In this document: positions 12,636 to 26,256 of the stretch, in pieces
Position numbering within the stretch: position 1 is the stretch's first letter
Layout: each line of letters begins with the position of its first letter
NCBI RefSeq assembly: GCF_018350175.1
Contig: NC_058368.1
Coordinates: forward strand, 203,362,001-203,426,000
Direction of reading: 5' to 3'
Source of the DNA: Felis catus
Taxonomy: Eukaryota
DNA: 64,000 nt
Notes under the pieces: generated by a model
The model's input: the letters and a program-made list of their open reading frames with translations, nothing else
Told to the model about the DNA's origin: nothing
Databases searched by the model: none
Translations under genes and position numbers: made by a program

Positions 12636-14458
12636 AAGAGATCATTTTAAAAACAGCAAGAGAAAGGAAAACAGTTACATACATGAGAAATGTCATAAGA
12701 CTCAGCAGAAACTTTAAAGGCCAGAAGGGAGTGGCATGATATATTCAAAGTGCTGAAAGGAAAAACATCCGTGGCCAAGAATACTCTATGCAGCAAGATT
12801 ATCATTTAGAATAGAAGAAGAGATAAAGAGTTTCCCACACAAACAAAAGTTAAAGGAATCCATCACCCCTAAACCAGCCTTATAAGAAATGTTATGGGGA
12901 TTCTTTGAGTGGAAAGGAAAGACCATACGCAGGAATAAGAAAAGTAGGAATAATAAAAGCAGTAAAATTAAGTATAATCTATAAAAACCAGTCAAGAGAG
13001 TCACAAAATAAAAGGATGTGAAGTATGACATCATATACCTAAAACATTGAGGGGAGAGGAATGATAATTTAGTGCTTTTAAAATGGGTTCAAACTTAAGT
13101 GACCATCAATTTAATATAGACTGTTATATGCACAAGATATTATATATAAGCCTAATGGTAACCACAAATCAAAAACCAGTAATTCACATGCAAAAATGAA
13201 GAAAGGAACCCAAGAATATCACTAAAGAAAGCCAGCAAACCACAAGAGAAGAGAGAAAGAAAAGAAAGGAACAGAGGAGAACTATAAAAACAACTACAAA
13301 CAAGTAACAAAATGGCCATAAGTACATACCTATCAACAATTATTTTGAATGTACATATATTAAATACTCTAGTCAGAAGACATAGGATGATGGAATGGAT
13401 AAAAAAGTAAGGCCCATCAATATGCTGCCTACAAGAGACTCATTTCAGACCTAAAGACACATACATATTGAAAGTAAAGAGATGGAAAAACATTTATCAT
13501 GGAAATGGAAGTGAGGAGAAAGCTGGGGTACCAATATTTATATTGGAAAAAACAGACTTTAAAACAAAGACTGAAGCAAGAGACCGAGAATGACACTACA
13601 TAATCATAAAGGAAAAAATCCAACAAGAAGATATAAAAATGGTAAATATTTATGTACCCAAATGGGAACACCCAAATACATAAAGCACTTATTAACAAAC
13701 ATAAAGAAAATAATCAACAGTAATTCAATAATGATAGGGTACTTTAACACCTCACTTACATCAATGGATAGATTATCCAACAGGAAAATCAATAAGGAAA
13801 CAGTGGTTTTGAATGACACATTGGACCAGATGTATTTAACAGATATATTCAGAACATTCCATCCTGAAACAGTGGATTTTACATTCTTTTCAACTGCACA
13901 TAGAACATTTCCCAAAATAGATCACATATAGGCCACAGAAAAAATCTCAATAAATTAAAAAAGGTTGAAGTCATACCATGTATCTTTTCCAACCACAATA
14001 CTATGAAACTAGAAATCAACCACAAGAAAAAAATCTGGAAAGAACACAAATACATGGAGGTTAGAAAACATACTACTGAGCAATGAGTAGGTCAACCAAG
14101 AAATCAAAGAGGAAATCAAAACATACATGTAAACAAATGTAAATGAAGATGCAATGGTCTAAAATCTTAGGGATGCAACAAAAGCTGTTGTAAGAGGGAA
14201 GTTTATAGCAATACTGGCCTACCTTAAGAAGCAAAAGAAACTTCAAATAAACAACCTAAACTTACACCCAAAGAAGCTAGAAAAGAAAGAACAAAACCCA
14301 AAACGAGTAATGGGAAGTAAATAATAATGATTAGAACAGAATTAAATGAAATAAAAATTAAAAACAAAACCAACCCCAAACTAGAACAGATTGATGAAAT
14401 TAGGAGCTGGTTCTTTCAAAAGACCAACAATATCGATAACTCCTTGGCCAGACTCATC

Positions 14459-14499
14459 AGAGAGAGAGAGAGAGAGAGAGAGAGTGAGAGAGAGAGAGG
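14459..14499. repeat. (GA)n microsatellite in old L1 ORF2
   Basis: About 20 GA units. Confidence 0.9.
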
Positions 14500-15247
14500 A
14501 CTCAAACAAAATTAGAAATGAAAGAAGAGAAATAACAAATGACACCACAGAATTATAAAGGTTCATAAGAAAATATTATGAAAAATCTCATGCCAACAAA
14601 CTGGACAAACCAAAAGAAATGGATAAATTCCTACAAACATATAACCTTCAAAAACTGAAGCAGGAAGAAATAGAAAATTTGAACAGATTGATTACCAGCA
14701 ATGAAACTGAATCAGTAATCCAAAACTCCCAACAAACAGAAGTCTAAGACCAGATGTCTTCACAGATGAACTCTACCAAACATTAAAAGAAGAGCTAATA
14801 GCTATTCTTCTGAAACTATTCCAAAAAATAGAAGAGGAGGGAAGTCTTCCAAATTCCTTTTATGAGACCCGCATTATTATCTTGATACCAAAACCAGGTA
14901 AAGACACCACACACACAGAAAAAGAGAACTGTAGGCCAGAATCTCTGATGAACATAGAACAAAATTCCTCTCCAAAATATTAGCAAATAAAATCCAACAA
15001 CACATTAAAAAAATCATTCACCGTGATCAAGTAGGATTTATTCCTGGGATGTAAGGTTGGTTTGATATTTGCAAATCAATCAATGTGATACATCACATTA
15101 ACAAGAGGAAGGATAAAAACCATATAATCATCTCAATAGATGCAGAAAAAGAATTTTGTACTCTGTCATTTCAGTAGATACAGGAAAAGTATTTAACAGA
15201 ATACAAAATCCATTCATGATTAAAACCCTTAAGAAAGTAGGTTTAGT

Positions 15248-15362
15248 GGGGTGCCTGGGTGGCTACGAGTCAGTTAAGCATCCAACTCTTGATTTCAGCT
15301 CAGGTCATGATCCCAGGGTCATGGGATCAAGCTCCATGTTGGGCTCCACACTCAGCATGGAG
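15248..15362 (+). mobile_element. 3'-truncated Can-SINE head
   Basis: ggggtgcctgggtggct...cagcatggag with no CT tract or tail. Confidence 0.85.
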
Positions 15363-16073
15363 AGAACTGAAACCATAAAACTCCTAGAAGAGAGCACAGG
15401 CAGTAATGACTTTGATATCAGCTGTAGCAACATTTTTCTAGATATGTCTTCTGAGGCAAGTAAACAAAAGCAAAAATAAATTATTGGGACTACATCAAAA
15501 TGAAAGATTCTTCACAGTGGAAGAAGAAATCAACAAAACTAAAAGACAACCTACTGAATGGGGGAAATACCCATTAACTTTAATACCCAATAAGGGGTTA
15601 GTATCTAAAATATATAAAGAACTCGACACCAAAAAAAAAAAGGAAAAAATACCCACAAATAATCTAATAAGAAGTGGGCAGAAGACAGGAACAAACATTT
15701 CTCCAAAGAAGACAACCAGAGGGCAAACAGATGCTCAACATCATTCATCATCAGGGAGACCCAAATTCCCCTGTGTGATATCACCTCACGCTTGTCAGAA
15801 TGGCTAAAATCAAAAACACAAGCAACAACAAGTGTTGGTGAGAATGTGGAGAAAAATGAAATCTCATGCACTGTTTGCACTGCAAATTGGTGCAGCCACT
15901 GTGAAGGGAGGCTCCTCAAAAAATTAAAAATAGAATTACCATATGATCTAGTCATTCTACCAGTATTTACCCAAAGAATATGAAAAGATACATACACCCC
16001 TATGTTTATTGCAGCATTACTTACAATAGCCAAAATATGGAAGCAACTCAAATGTCCATCAGTAAATGAATGG

Positions 16074-16076
<3 letters not shown>

Positions 16077-16113
<37 letters not shown>
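16077..16113. repeat. (CA)n microsatellite in old L1
   Basis: Perfect AC run. Confidence 0.95.
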
Positions 16114-16116
<3 letters not shown>

Positions 16117-18569
16117 GAATATGTCAACCATAATAAAGAATAAATTCTTGCAATTTGCAATAACATGGATGGAGCTAGAGAGTATAATGCTAAGTGAAAT
16201 AAGCAGTCAGAGAAAGACAAATATCATATGATTTCACTCATATGTGGAGTTTTAGAAACAAAAAATGAGGAAGGAAAAAAGAGACAAATGAAAAAAACGG
16301 ACTCTTAAGTATGGAGAACAAACTGGTGTTAACCAGAAGGGAGGTGGGTAAGGAGCTGGGTGAGATATATAAAGGGGATTAAGAGTACACTTATTCTGAT
16401 GAGCACTGAGTAATGTATATAATTGCTGAGTTACTATATTGTGCAACAGAAATATTATAACCCCTATGTTAATTATACTTGATTTTTGAAAAACAAATTT
16501 AAAAACAAACAAAAAAATGCCTAGGCAAAGGAAGAATATAATATACCAAAATAAATAAATAAATAAAAGGCTGGTGGACAGCTCATGATTTGTTTTTGCT
16601 CCCCTATACCACGGGAATCATTTAGAATTTCTATAATCAAATTTACCTATGAGCCATTACCTATGGCATCTCAATTAGGTTTTCCTGGACTTTTCACTGG
16701 ACCTGTTTAATGTATGGGGGTACTTCCAGAATTGTTCTAGAACAGCTCACTCTGTTCCCCAAGGTAATCATTTTGGTGGCTGAACAAAAATAAAGAGTAA
16801 GGTATTTGGAATTTCCCCAGGTAATAAAAGAAACCTGAGTTTAATTTGTAAGAAATTATATAAATTAGAACATGCTGCCAAACATATCTTTGTTTTTCTA
16901 CCATAAAAGAAGAAATAGCAGAAATCTATAAGATTTTTAATAACTCTATGGAGATTACTTTTTATTGAGGAATGGAAATCTAATATGAAACAAATAGAAT
17001 TATGGTATTAATGAATTCTAAAGTTTATGAGTCTCGGATCAGTTATACAAAGCTCAAGGTGACATTTATTTACTTCATATTTTAGTCAGCAGTTTTGATT
17101 ATTATGTTAGATACAATTGAAAACATGCTTCCATAAATTACTATAGAATAATTCTATATAAAGGTGAGGTCATCCCTCATAGCTTAATAATAAAGGTCCT
17201 TATTAAATCAAGTATTCTTGAAATCATTTTGGTTTCTAATATGTGTAAAATACATTCATTATTATCATCTCAGGGTTACAATTTTTTTCATTTGGGATGA
17301 GGATTTTTGAACCATATCATCTTGAAAGGAATTTCTGGACCCCAAAATTTACTAGATTTTTCATGGTTTTTAAGACTACTATGTGTATTAGGGGAATATA
17401 CCTCAGTTTCAGACGGGGTAACTGAGGTTTCCAGATGCTAGGTTATTAAATGTAAAAAAGTAACTAAGGAGAATGTTCTTGTATACAGTTTTCCAGATTC
17501 AAACTAGTGGATTTAAATAGAAAATCCAATGGAAATTCAAAGACTTGCCCTACAAACCTTTAAAAGATAATAATCTCTAAACAAATAAATAACATTTGGG
17601 AATATAAAAACATGCCAAAGTCTCTACATTCTCTAGCAAAAATATCCTTTGGCATCTTTCCTACTCATATTACAGTATCATATAATATATGAATGTATTA
17701 ACAATACTCGACAAAGGGTGATTAGGAAATATACAAGTCTGCAAGAGGATTTGGTGCAATCTTACTTCAAACAAAATACAGCATATTAGGCCTGAAGGGA
17801 AACCTAAAATACCCCTGAACTACCATAAGTAAAAGAAATAACATGTACTCATAATAACATAAAGGGTTTTTAATTAAATATAACTTATAGTATTAGGCTG
17901 ATTTTAATGGCACAATAGATCCTCCAGTATTCTTGATTTTGTTGCCATAGAAACTTTTCTTTCCTGCATTTCAATCACCATTGATAAATGAAACTTTACG
18001 TCTCAATATTTGAGAAGATACCATAGAAAATTGGAATGTTTGATCTTTCTGGAAGCAGATTAGAAATAGTAGTTTATCTAGTAAATTTATAAGCAAACTA
18101 GGGAACAATGCAAAATTCAGAAGCAACATTTTCTAATGAGATGTGCTATTTTGAGTAGCTAAAAACTTATCTTTTTAATAGAGAACTTATTTCCTATCAT
18201 ATAATAAACTTTAAGGTGATCTTTTAGAACTCATTTTGAGACTTTGTGGTTTCAGTTACATCCTCTATATAACCTCAGGTTCATCAATAACCTTCTCTGT
18301 TGATTTGATCAACTATAAAGTAGAAACAGTATTACTGATGTGTACCATGTATAAAGCGTCTGTTAAATGTGTACTTTCAAATAGTGAGTGTGAAAGATCA
18401 ATATAAATCATCTTGGTAAAAAAAGAAGTCAAAGCTATTTAAAATCTTTTTGCTTAATCTATTTTAGCTTAATCTATCTATTTCCTTCAGTTATTTAAAA
18501 TATATTTCTCATTTATGTCTTTATTTTTCCAAATAGAAGCAAATAACTTTGTTTTGTGCTAAACAAATA

Positions 18570-18787
18570 TTTTAAAAATTTTTTATGTTTATTCATTTTT
18601 AAGAGAGAGAGACAGAGCATGAGCAGGGGAGGAGTAGAGAGAGAGGGAGACACAGAATCTGAAGCAGGCTTCAGTTTCTGCAAGCTGTCAGCACACAGCT
18701 CTAACACGGAACTCGAACTCATGAACTGTGTGAAAATGACCTAAGCCAAAGTCAGATGCTTAACTGACCGAGCCACCCAGGTGCCCC
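18570..18787 (-). mobile_element. Can-SINE
   Basis: SINE body; flanking tgtgctaaa(c/t)aaa at 18555 and 18788. Confidence 0.92.
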
Positions 18788-19633
18788 TGTGCTAAATAAA
18801 AATTTTTAAAAATTATTTTACAACAGGTTCTTCAGAAATATATCTTCAAATGTAGTGAATCTTTTTGCCCTTGATTAAAATTTTAAATTTTTTTCTTTTA
18901 GTAAAAACAACTGCAATTTATCTGAGACCTTGTTTCATGTTATGTCATTTTAAGTAAGATCCCTTTCTAATCCACAATTAGATTTAATGTTCATGTGTCA
19001 TGACTCTACCAAGTTAGAAAAATAACATGGCTTTCTGCAATAAACAATGCTCATATTTCTGCTGTCTCTGTATTTACTGGCATCTTTCTTCCCTTTACCC
19101 ATACTTTCAAGTTGAGGTCTGCACACTTCATTTGGTTTAGATAACCAATTAATTTTATAAACTTGTACAAAATTTTAGATATAAGTTGCATTTGGTAGGA
19201 CTGCTTGGGTCACAAGTGACAGAAAGACAGTCCTATTGTTAACAATAAAAGGCAACCTATGGAAAGAATCAATACAACATTATACTCAGTTCATGGCTCA
19301 TTATATCTGATCCATGCAAAGTCCCTCATGTTTCTAGTTATTTTTGATACTTTTCCCCCAGGTTCCACTCTCATTCCCTTCCCTCCACCCCAAAGGCAAA
19401 TATCCTAACTTATTTAATGTGTGTTGCTACTTTAATACCTGACCCTTTAATTTATGTAAATTGTGTTATGTTACCTGTATCAATGTTTCTTAACTTTTTT
19501 TCTCAGCACATGACTTTAAGATGTTTCTTTGCCTATACATGTAAATTTTTTACAGAACAGAGAAATGTGTGTTGCCATCCTAGGCCTGCTATTAATTCAC
19601 TTTGTGACCTTACGTGAGCCATCTACATTCTTT

Positions 19634-19876
19634 TTTTTTTTTTTTTTTAATTTTTTTTTTTTAATTTTTTTTTCAACGTTTATTTCTTTTTGGGACAGAG
19701 AGAGACAGAGCATGAACGGGGGAGGGGCAGAGAGAGAGGGGGACACAGAATCGGAAACAGGCTCCAGGCTCTGAGCCATCAGCCCAGAGCCTGACGCGGG
19801 GCTTGAACTCACAGACCGCGAGATCGTGACCTGGCTGAAGTCGGACGCTTAACCGACTGCGCCACCCAGGCGCCCC
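19634..19876 (-). mobile_element. Young SINEC_Fc-type SINE inserted in a MIR remnant
   Basis: CpG-rich body, long T tail, perfect TSD gagccatctacattcttt at 19616-19633 and 19877-19894; flanks resemble MIR (tgtgacctt...agtttcctcat). Confidence 0.95.
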
Positions 19877-20159
19877 GAGCCATCTACATTCTTTATGTCT
19901 AAGTTTCCTCATTAATAATAATAATAATAATAATTTTTAAAAAGAGATTAGGCTAGGTCTCAGATTTAAGAAATAAACTATATTAAAAGAAAGAACGCCA
20001 TGCATTTTGGATTGATAAATTTTATAGATACATTGGGGAGAGGAAAGTGCAACCTTGCTAGTTGAAAAAGTTGGAGAACCACGTGACAGCAAAGAGGATA
20101 AGAGGAAACAAGAGGGTATGGTAGTAACTGGCATTGGATCCTACTGAGCCTAAGGTGTA

Positions 20160-20717
20160 TATATTAGTCACATTCTCCACAGAAACAGAACCAACAGAAG
20201 ATGATAGATGATAGATAGGTATGTAGGTAGATAAATAAATAGATACATCGATACGTAGATACATAGATACATAGATAGATAGAGGCAGACAAGGGGAGAT
20301 TACAAGAAGTGGCTCACATGATCAGGGAAGCTGAGAAGTCCCATAATTTGCCTTCTGCAAGCTGGAGAATCAGGAAAGCCAATAATACAATTTCAACTGA
20401 GAACCAGAAGAGCCAATGGTATGACTCCCAGAGTCTGAAGGCCTGAGAAACCAGGAGCTCTGATGTCTGAGGGCAGGAGAAGGTGGAGGTCCTGGCTCAA
20501 GAAAAGAGACAGAACTCACCCATTCTCCCCCTTTTTGTTCCCTAAGGCCCTCAATCTGCCTAGATTGGTGAGGGTGGATCTGCTTTATTCAGTCTACTGA
20601 TTCAAAGGCTAATCTCTTCCAGAAACACCCTCAAAGACACACCAAGAAATAAAGCTTTACCACCTATCTGGGCATCCTTTAGCCCAGTCAAGTTGACAGA
20701 AAAATTTGACAATCACA
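20160..20717 (-). mobile_element. MLT2-type (ERVL) solo LTR with internal (GATA)n
   Basis: tattagtc...cagaaacagaaccaa start and gcccagtcaagttgaca...aatcaca end; flanks gtgta/gtgtg. Confidence 0.85.
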
Positions 20718-21989
20718 GTGTGCACTGTGAAACACAGATCCTTGGGCTATGCAATGGGAAGAGGTGACGTGCTTTCCAACTGCAAGGCAGAACCTACAAC
20801 AGCAGAAATAATAGGTCTTTGAGGGCAGGTTAGGAGGGAGGAGGGTTTCTCTGGCTATCCAGTGTTCAAGTAGAGAGCCTTGAGGAAGATTTCTAATCCA
20901 ATGAAGACACATTTCGTATGAATTTGGGAATCAATGAAAATCAGTATATTTTATGACTAAGTTTCACATAATATCCTGAGGGGGGGGGGGAGGATGTACC
21001 AATAATTGTAGTGAAAGGAAAGTGTTTATAAATCTAATGGTGACCTGAAATTCTTGAGTCTTCATGCAAATATTCATGCATGGCTAGATATTTTGCCTTT
21101 GGAGTTAACACCTTAATAAAACTTTATGTTAAATGTTGTCCCTTATTAGAGATAAATCTCTTGTATATCAGAAAGGAGAGTCTCCTTTTCAACTAATTTC
21201 TCAAAGAAATAAATGTAATAAATCTATTCATCAAAATGTTTCAGATCATTTTCAGCTCTAAAATATTACTATTTGCTGAATTTTGCTTTATTTTTGCACG
21301 TAATAAGTCACATTGACATGGGATCACAGATACTTCTGGCTTTTGTTAGAGGACATTAGCCTAAAATTATAACCATCTTAAGGGGAGGAGACATTTTTAG
21401 CAAGATCTGTTTTAAAATGAGGGGTGGCCTTTAATTAAAATTAAAATTCCCTTTAAGTATGCAATATTTATACTACTTATTTGTTACATTCTGTAAAATG
21501 TCTGAGTTTCTGGTGATAAAAATTCCTGCCAAAAAGACTATTATTTCCTGGAAATGATTCCTTATGTTTAAAGTAAATGAATTTAGAATAGTTTCCAGAA
21601 GAGTCATCATCTAAGCAAGAAACTCTTGAGTACTTAAACTGAAAACCACAACCAGTAACTGTCTACACAGCTAAAAATAAAATGTAGGGATTTGGGTCTA
21701 AATAAGCCACATTGGCTGTTTACACATGATAATAACTCAATTCTATGGTTTACTAGGCCTCTATTAACATTTCCTAAAGGAGGGAGAATAATTGTGTTGA
21801 GTATGTCAGTATTTATTTAAATAATTATCTGTTGAGTCAGCTATCCTTAAATAGTGCATGAATCATTGTTATAGTTATACTCAATAATTATTTTGTTCAT
21901 TGTTAACAAATGGGCATTGTGCTAGATTCTTAGGGTTCAGAGGTAGTTCTCTCCATTTACCTCCTCAGTATAGCTTGATTTCTTTTCTT

Positions 21990-22630
21990 CCCACTCACCC
22001 TACACTCCCCAAGTACAAACCCCCTTATGTCTAGCCTGAACTGCTAGAATGTTCTCACTGATCTCAATACACCCACTCTCAGCACAATCCCCTTAAGTTA
22101 TTTTTTACATTACAAAGTGATCATTTATAATGCCAATTTGATGGTGCCCCTGCCAGTTTTCAATGTTAATGTCTTCCCATTGTCCTCAGGATACAGACCT
22201 AACTCTCCAACAGAGCCTACAAGGTCCTGCAAGACCTATTGTCCTTGACTGCAGCCTCAGTTTTGGCTTCTTTTCTTGTCCATACTCTAGCCACATTGGA
22301 CTATTCTATTTTAATCTTTTAAACATGCTATGCCCCTTCCTATCTCAGAGCCATGCGTCCTCTTCCCTCTGCCTAGTGCGTGAGCACCAGTATTTCGTCA
22401 TCATGTAGTTCCAGTGTTGCTGTGGATCCTAGCTCAAATAACACTCTTTTAGGAAAATCATCCACCACCATGTCAGTTCCCGGTCTCATACATGCATAGC
22501 AGCTTACACATTCCCTTCAAAGGAAGTATCATTATGTGTAATAATGGCCCATTAGGTTATTTGGTTTTATGTGTTTCCCTCACTACACTGTAAGTTTCCA
22601 TGAAAATATCTCTCATTGTTTTGCCTGGTG
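21990..22630 (+). mobile_element. L2 fragment
   Basis: cttcccattgtcctcaggata, gcctacaaggtcctgca, ctagccacattgg, ctgtaagtttccatga motifs. Confidence 0.65.
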
Positions 22631-22794
22631 TTTCTTTTATACTTTGTTGGGTGCCTACCACCCTAAGTGCAATAGAAGGAAGAGAAGGAAGGAGGAAAGA
22701 AATCATCTTCCTTGCCCAGAAGTTATTGTTTTGTTACTGCTTTGTTTTGTTTCTGCTGTCAGGGTAGATGCTAAAACGTGGATATGTTTCCTTT

Positions 22795-23019
22795 TTTTTT
22801 TTTAATTTTTTTTTTCAACGTTTATTTATTTTTGGGACAGAGAGAGACAGAGCATGAACGGGGGAGGGGCAGAGAGAGAGGGAGACACAGAATCGGAAAC
22901 AGGCTCCAGGCTCTGAGCCATCAGCCCAGAGCCCGACGCGGGGCTCGAACTCACGGACCGCGAGATCGTGACCTGGCTGAAGTCGTGACGCTTAACCGAC
23001 TGCGCCACCCAGGCGCCCC
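22795..23019 (-). mobile_element. Young SINEC_Fc-type SINE
   Basis: Near-identical to the 19634 copy; TSD gatatgtttccttt at 22781-22794 and 23020-23033. Confidence 0.95.
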
Positions 23020-23499
23020 GATATGTTTCCTTTAAGTGGATCAAACTGTGTCAGACAATCAGAATACATACCAAATATTATTAAAAAAAACTAATTTTCA
23101 TTGCTTCTTATTCTCTCAAGTTTCACACAGGACCCAGGCCTGGCTAAGCAATCTTAAAATCACACATTCATAAATAATTGCACTGTTTTTTGATACAGAA
23201 ATTAAAAATGGTCAGTTTCAGTTCTCGAACCTGAGGGTCAATGAAGAATTGTGTAAACTCTATAAGGCAAAAGACTTCCATATCTCTTACCACAACTAAA
23301 AGGATTTTTAAGAGGTACATTCTGAACCCAGACTTGAAAGTTAAAAGCCATTAATTCTGCTACTGGCCATGGAGGGGCCATGGAAAATTACAACTGGAAA
23401 GAAATTAGAAATCACTCAGGCAGTAGCTTCTGACCTTTATTTTGAAAATGACGCAACCTAAGAGAAGCTGAAGACCACAAGATATGCAGTGACAGAGCA

Positions 23500-23960
23500 A
23501 GTGTTATGTTTCAATTAGGACTTTCAGTTGTAAATAGTACAAACTCCACCCAAACATCTTAAAGGGAAAAGAGATGTATTGGTTCCTGTGATTAAAAATT
23601 TGAGGGTAACTGGTTTCAAGTACCACTTGATCAGACAATATCAGCAGGACCTGTTTTCTCTTTCTCCATTTCTTGGATCCACTTTATGCTATCTTGGCTC
23701 CTTTCTCATTTTCCAGATTCTAAAATTCTTCCCTCAGAGTTAAAGAATGACTATAGCTACAGTCATAGTGAGTTATATATTCTAGCTCACTAGGATTTCA
23801 GATTCATGTCCTGTAGGAAAGAGAGCTTCCTTCTCTATGTGCTCAAAATAAAAGTTCATGAATTGAGTCTTATTGATTGTTAACATGAAAATATTGGCCT
23901 ATATGTCATCCACTGGATCTTGGGATGGAGGCCCATCTAATAGGGCTTGGATGCCAGAGA
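23500..23960. mobile_element. Ancient ERVL-type LTR fragment (LTR33-like)
   Basis: ttaggactttcagttgtaaatagtacaaactccacccaaac...gatgtattggttc resembles the LTR33 end. Confidence 0.45.
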
Positions 23961-24739
23961 TTGATGGGATAGATGCTGTTATGCGAGCAATAAATTCCTG
24001 GTATCCAGGCTCTGTAATAATTATTCCTTTCAAATGATGAATTCATTGTAAAAGATCACTGGCCATGCTGACCATAGCCCAAAGTCACATAGCATAAGGA
24101 TGAAGGGGAAAACCAAGGAACAATCTTCTCAATTGTCACATTGAGGAAAGTAGTTGAAAAAGAATATAAGCATACAACCCCATCCAGAGCAATCATTTAG
24201 AGCAGCACTGCATATCTACAGATGCCCTGTAACCTATCAGGACACCCTGGAACCAAAGCCAAGGTTTTTCTCAGATATATGTTGGGGATGGATGAAAGGG
24301 AGAGGATGGGAATTATGAGAGTCTTTGTGTCTCTTGAATTGGAGTGAGTGTGACAGGTGGATGAGAAGAAGGGAACATTTTCATTTTGGTCAGATGAACC
24401 AGGGCTTACAGGTAAACTGTCCCATTGTGTCTTAGTAATGGTGTTATATCATTTATGATACGGAAAAAATGAAAGAAGGAATGTGTGATACATCACCTTA
24501 TCTCATCATGTATCAGGAGATTTAAAAGAAAATTTTAAAGCACTTTTTTAAAAATGAAGAATCATAATGTCCCTGTGCCAAAAGGAACACTCATTATTAA
24601 TTGCTGGTAATTTGAAAATGCATAAATTATTCTACATCCTGGTAAAGACCACCTTGAAGTGGCACCAGTTGAAACAGCTGCTTAACCTTCCTGGGGATCA
24701 TATCAGGTTCTTTAATTACATTATTATGGGAAAGAATAT

Positions 24740-25010
24740 TTCTTTCCCAAATTATGCCCTATAAGATATTAGTGCTGGGACCATGAGAAAAGTTTTCAGT
24801 GGCCCAGTAGGTTTGAGAAACACTGGAGGAAATAAATTAAATCCAAATTCATACTAGAACTTCTTATAGTCTTTGACATACAAACGAACATTGCAGGTCT
24901 CCACATATATCATATTCAGTGATTCCCAAACTCTTTTAACCAGGAAGTGTATTTAAAGGAATACTTCTCGGGAATAATGTGCTGTATAGAATCTCATCTT
25001 GAGAAATGTA
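24740..25010. mobile_element. hAT-Charlie MITE-like DNA transposon remnant
   Basis: ttcccaaa / tttgagaaacactg / cagtgattcccaaact motifs. Confidence 0.5.
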
Positions 25011-25044
25011 GGACCATAATCTAAAAGTCTTCTATTTCTAATTA

Positions 25045-25075
25045 TTTAAAAATTTTTTAACATTTATTTATTTTT

Positions 25076-25108
<33 letters not shown>

Positions 25109-25262
25109 TCGAGAGACAGAGCATGAGCAGGGGAGGGACAGAGAGGGAGGGAGACAAAGAGGCTCTGAGCTGTAAGCACAGAGCCTGACACGGGGCTCAA
25201 ACCCACAAACTGTGAGATCATGACCTGAGCCAAAGTCAGACACTTAACTGCGCCACCCAGGC
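25045..25262 (-). mobile_element. Can-SINE with internal deletion
   Basis: (GA)n tract and gagatcatgacctgagcc body; lacks the aatc...caggctcc segment. Confidence 0.9.
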
Positions 25263-25774
25263 ATAAATTCTGAAGGCTCTATAAATTTAGTCTGGATTCT
25301 AATACTTAGTGAATCTAAAGGAAGGGACAGACTCTTTTACCAAAAACTGGAGAAAAAAAAATAACATACAAGTTACATTGTGACCTATGCTAGAAATGCC
25401 TTCATTATCATTTTAAAAGAAGGATTTGCTAATATTAACTCTGTGCCTTTTAAAGAATCTTCTAACAATTAAGTTATAATAATATCTCATCCAAGGGCAG
25501 CAATCATTCTTCAAAACTACTGATTGGGGTTAATATTGCAATATTCATATAATAAGTAATTGGTAGTAGTTATAGAACACTAAAGAATTTTCCAATACAA
25601 ATTTTAAAATGGGTATAAAGTCCTACACATTCATTTTCCCCAAATACATTAGTTGAAACAACTGAAATGATATACAAGTAAAACTGAGATTTTTTTTCTG
25701 AATATTTTATTTAGCAGATGAAATGTTTAGTTTTAAAACAGTCCCTGGCCTCAAAAGATAATTAAATGTTCACT

Positions 25775-26153
25775 TGGGAGGTGCCTGGCTGGCGGCTCAG
25801 TCAGTAGAGCATGTGACTCTTGATCTCACGGTTGTGAGTTTGAGCTCCATGTTGGGTGTAGAGATTACTTTTATTTATTTATTTATTTTTAAATGTCTCT
25901 GTGAATTCATCGTTTATTTTATTTTTGGGACAGAGAGAGACAGAGCATGAACAAGGGAGGGGCAGAGAGAGAGGGAGACACAGAATCGGAAACAGGCTCC
26001 AGGCTCTGAGCCATCAGCCCAGAGCCCGATGCGGGGCTCGAACTCACGGACCGCGAGATCGTGACCTGGCTGAAGTCGGACGCTTAACCGACTGCGCCAC
26101 CCAGGCGCCCCTAGAGAGATTACTTTTAAAATAAAAGATATTAAATTTAAAAA
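25775..26153 (+). mobile_element. Short tRNA-like Can-SINE (no CT tract), interrupted by a younger SINE
   Basis: ggtgcctggctgg...gtagagcatgtgactcttgatctc...gtagagattactt; outer TSD aaatgttcac at 25764-25773 and 26154-26163. Confidence 0.85.
25874..26112 (-). mobile_element. Young SINEC_Fc-type SINE nested in the short SINE
   Basis: TSD agagattactttta at 25860-25873 and 26115-26128. Confidence 0.93.
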
Positions 26154-26256
26154 AAATGTTCACCTTGGACAATAGCCTTTACATGTATAAGTAATTCCTG
26201 TGAATGGGAAAAGATTCAATTATATTAAAATTACTACATTGCAGAAATTGAATGTT

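Larger units (their letters stand above)
12211..16517 (+). mobile_element. Older carnivore L1, 3' part (rest of ORF1, long inter-ORF region, degraded ORF2 from ~13312, 3'UTR, A-tail)
   Basis: ORF fragments 13590-13931 (endonuclease) and 15360-15983 (C-terminal) match L1 ORF2; many stops; ~1 kb of RT missing near 15360. Confidence 0.92.

Noticed and set aside
19597..23044. Recurring short ORFs such as VSSSPASGSGLMAQSLEP and QRETEHERGRG (also near 25901, 28791, 44389, 53158)
   Set aside because: Translations of Can-SINE copies, not host genes.
25775..25860. tRNA-like sequence with A and B boxes
   Set aside because: Head of a tRNA-derived SINE with tail and TSD, not a functional tRNA.
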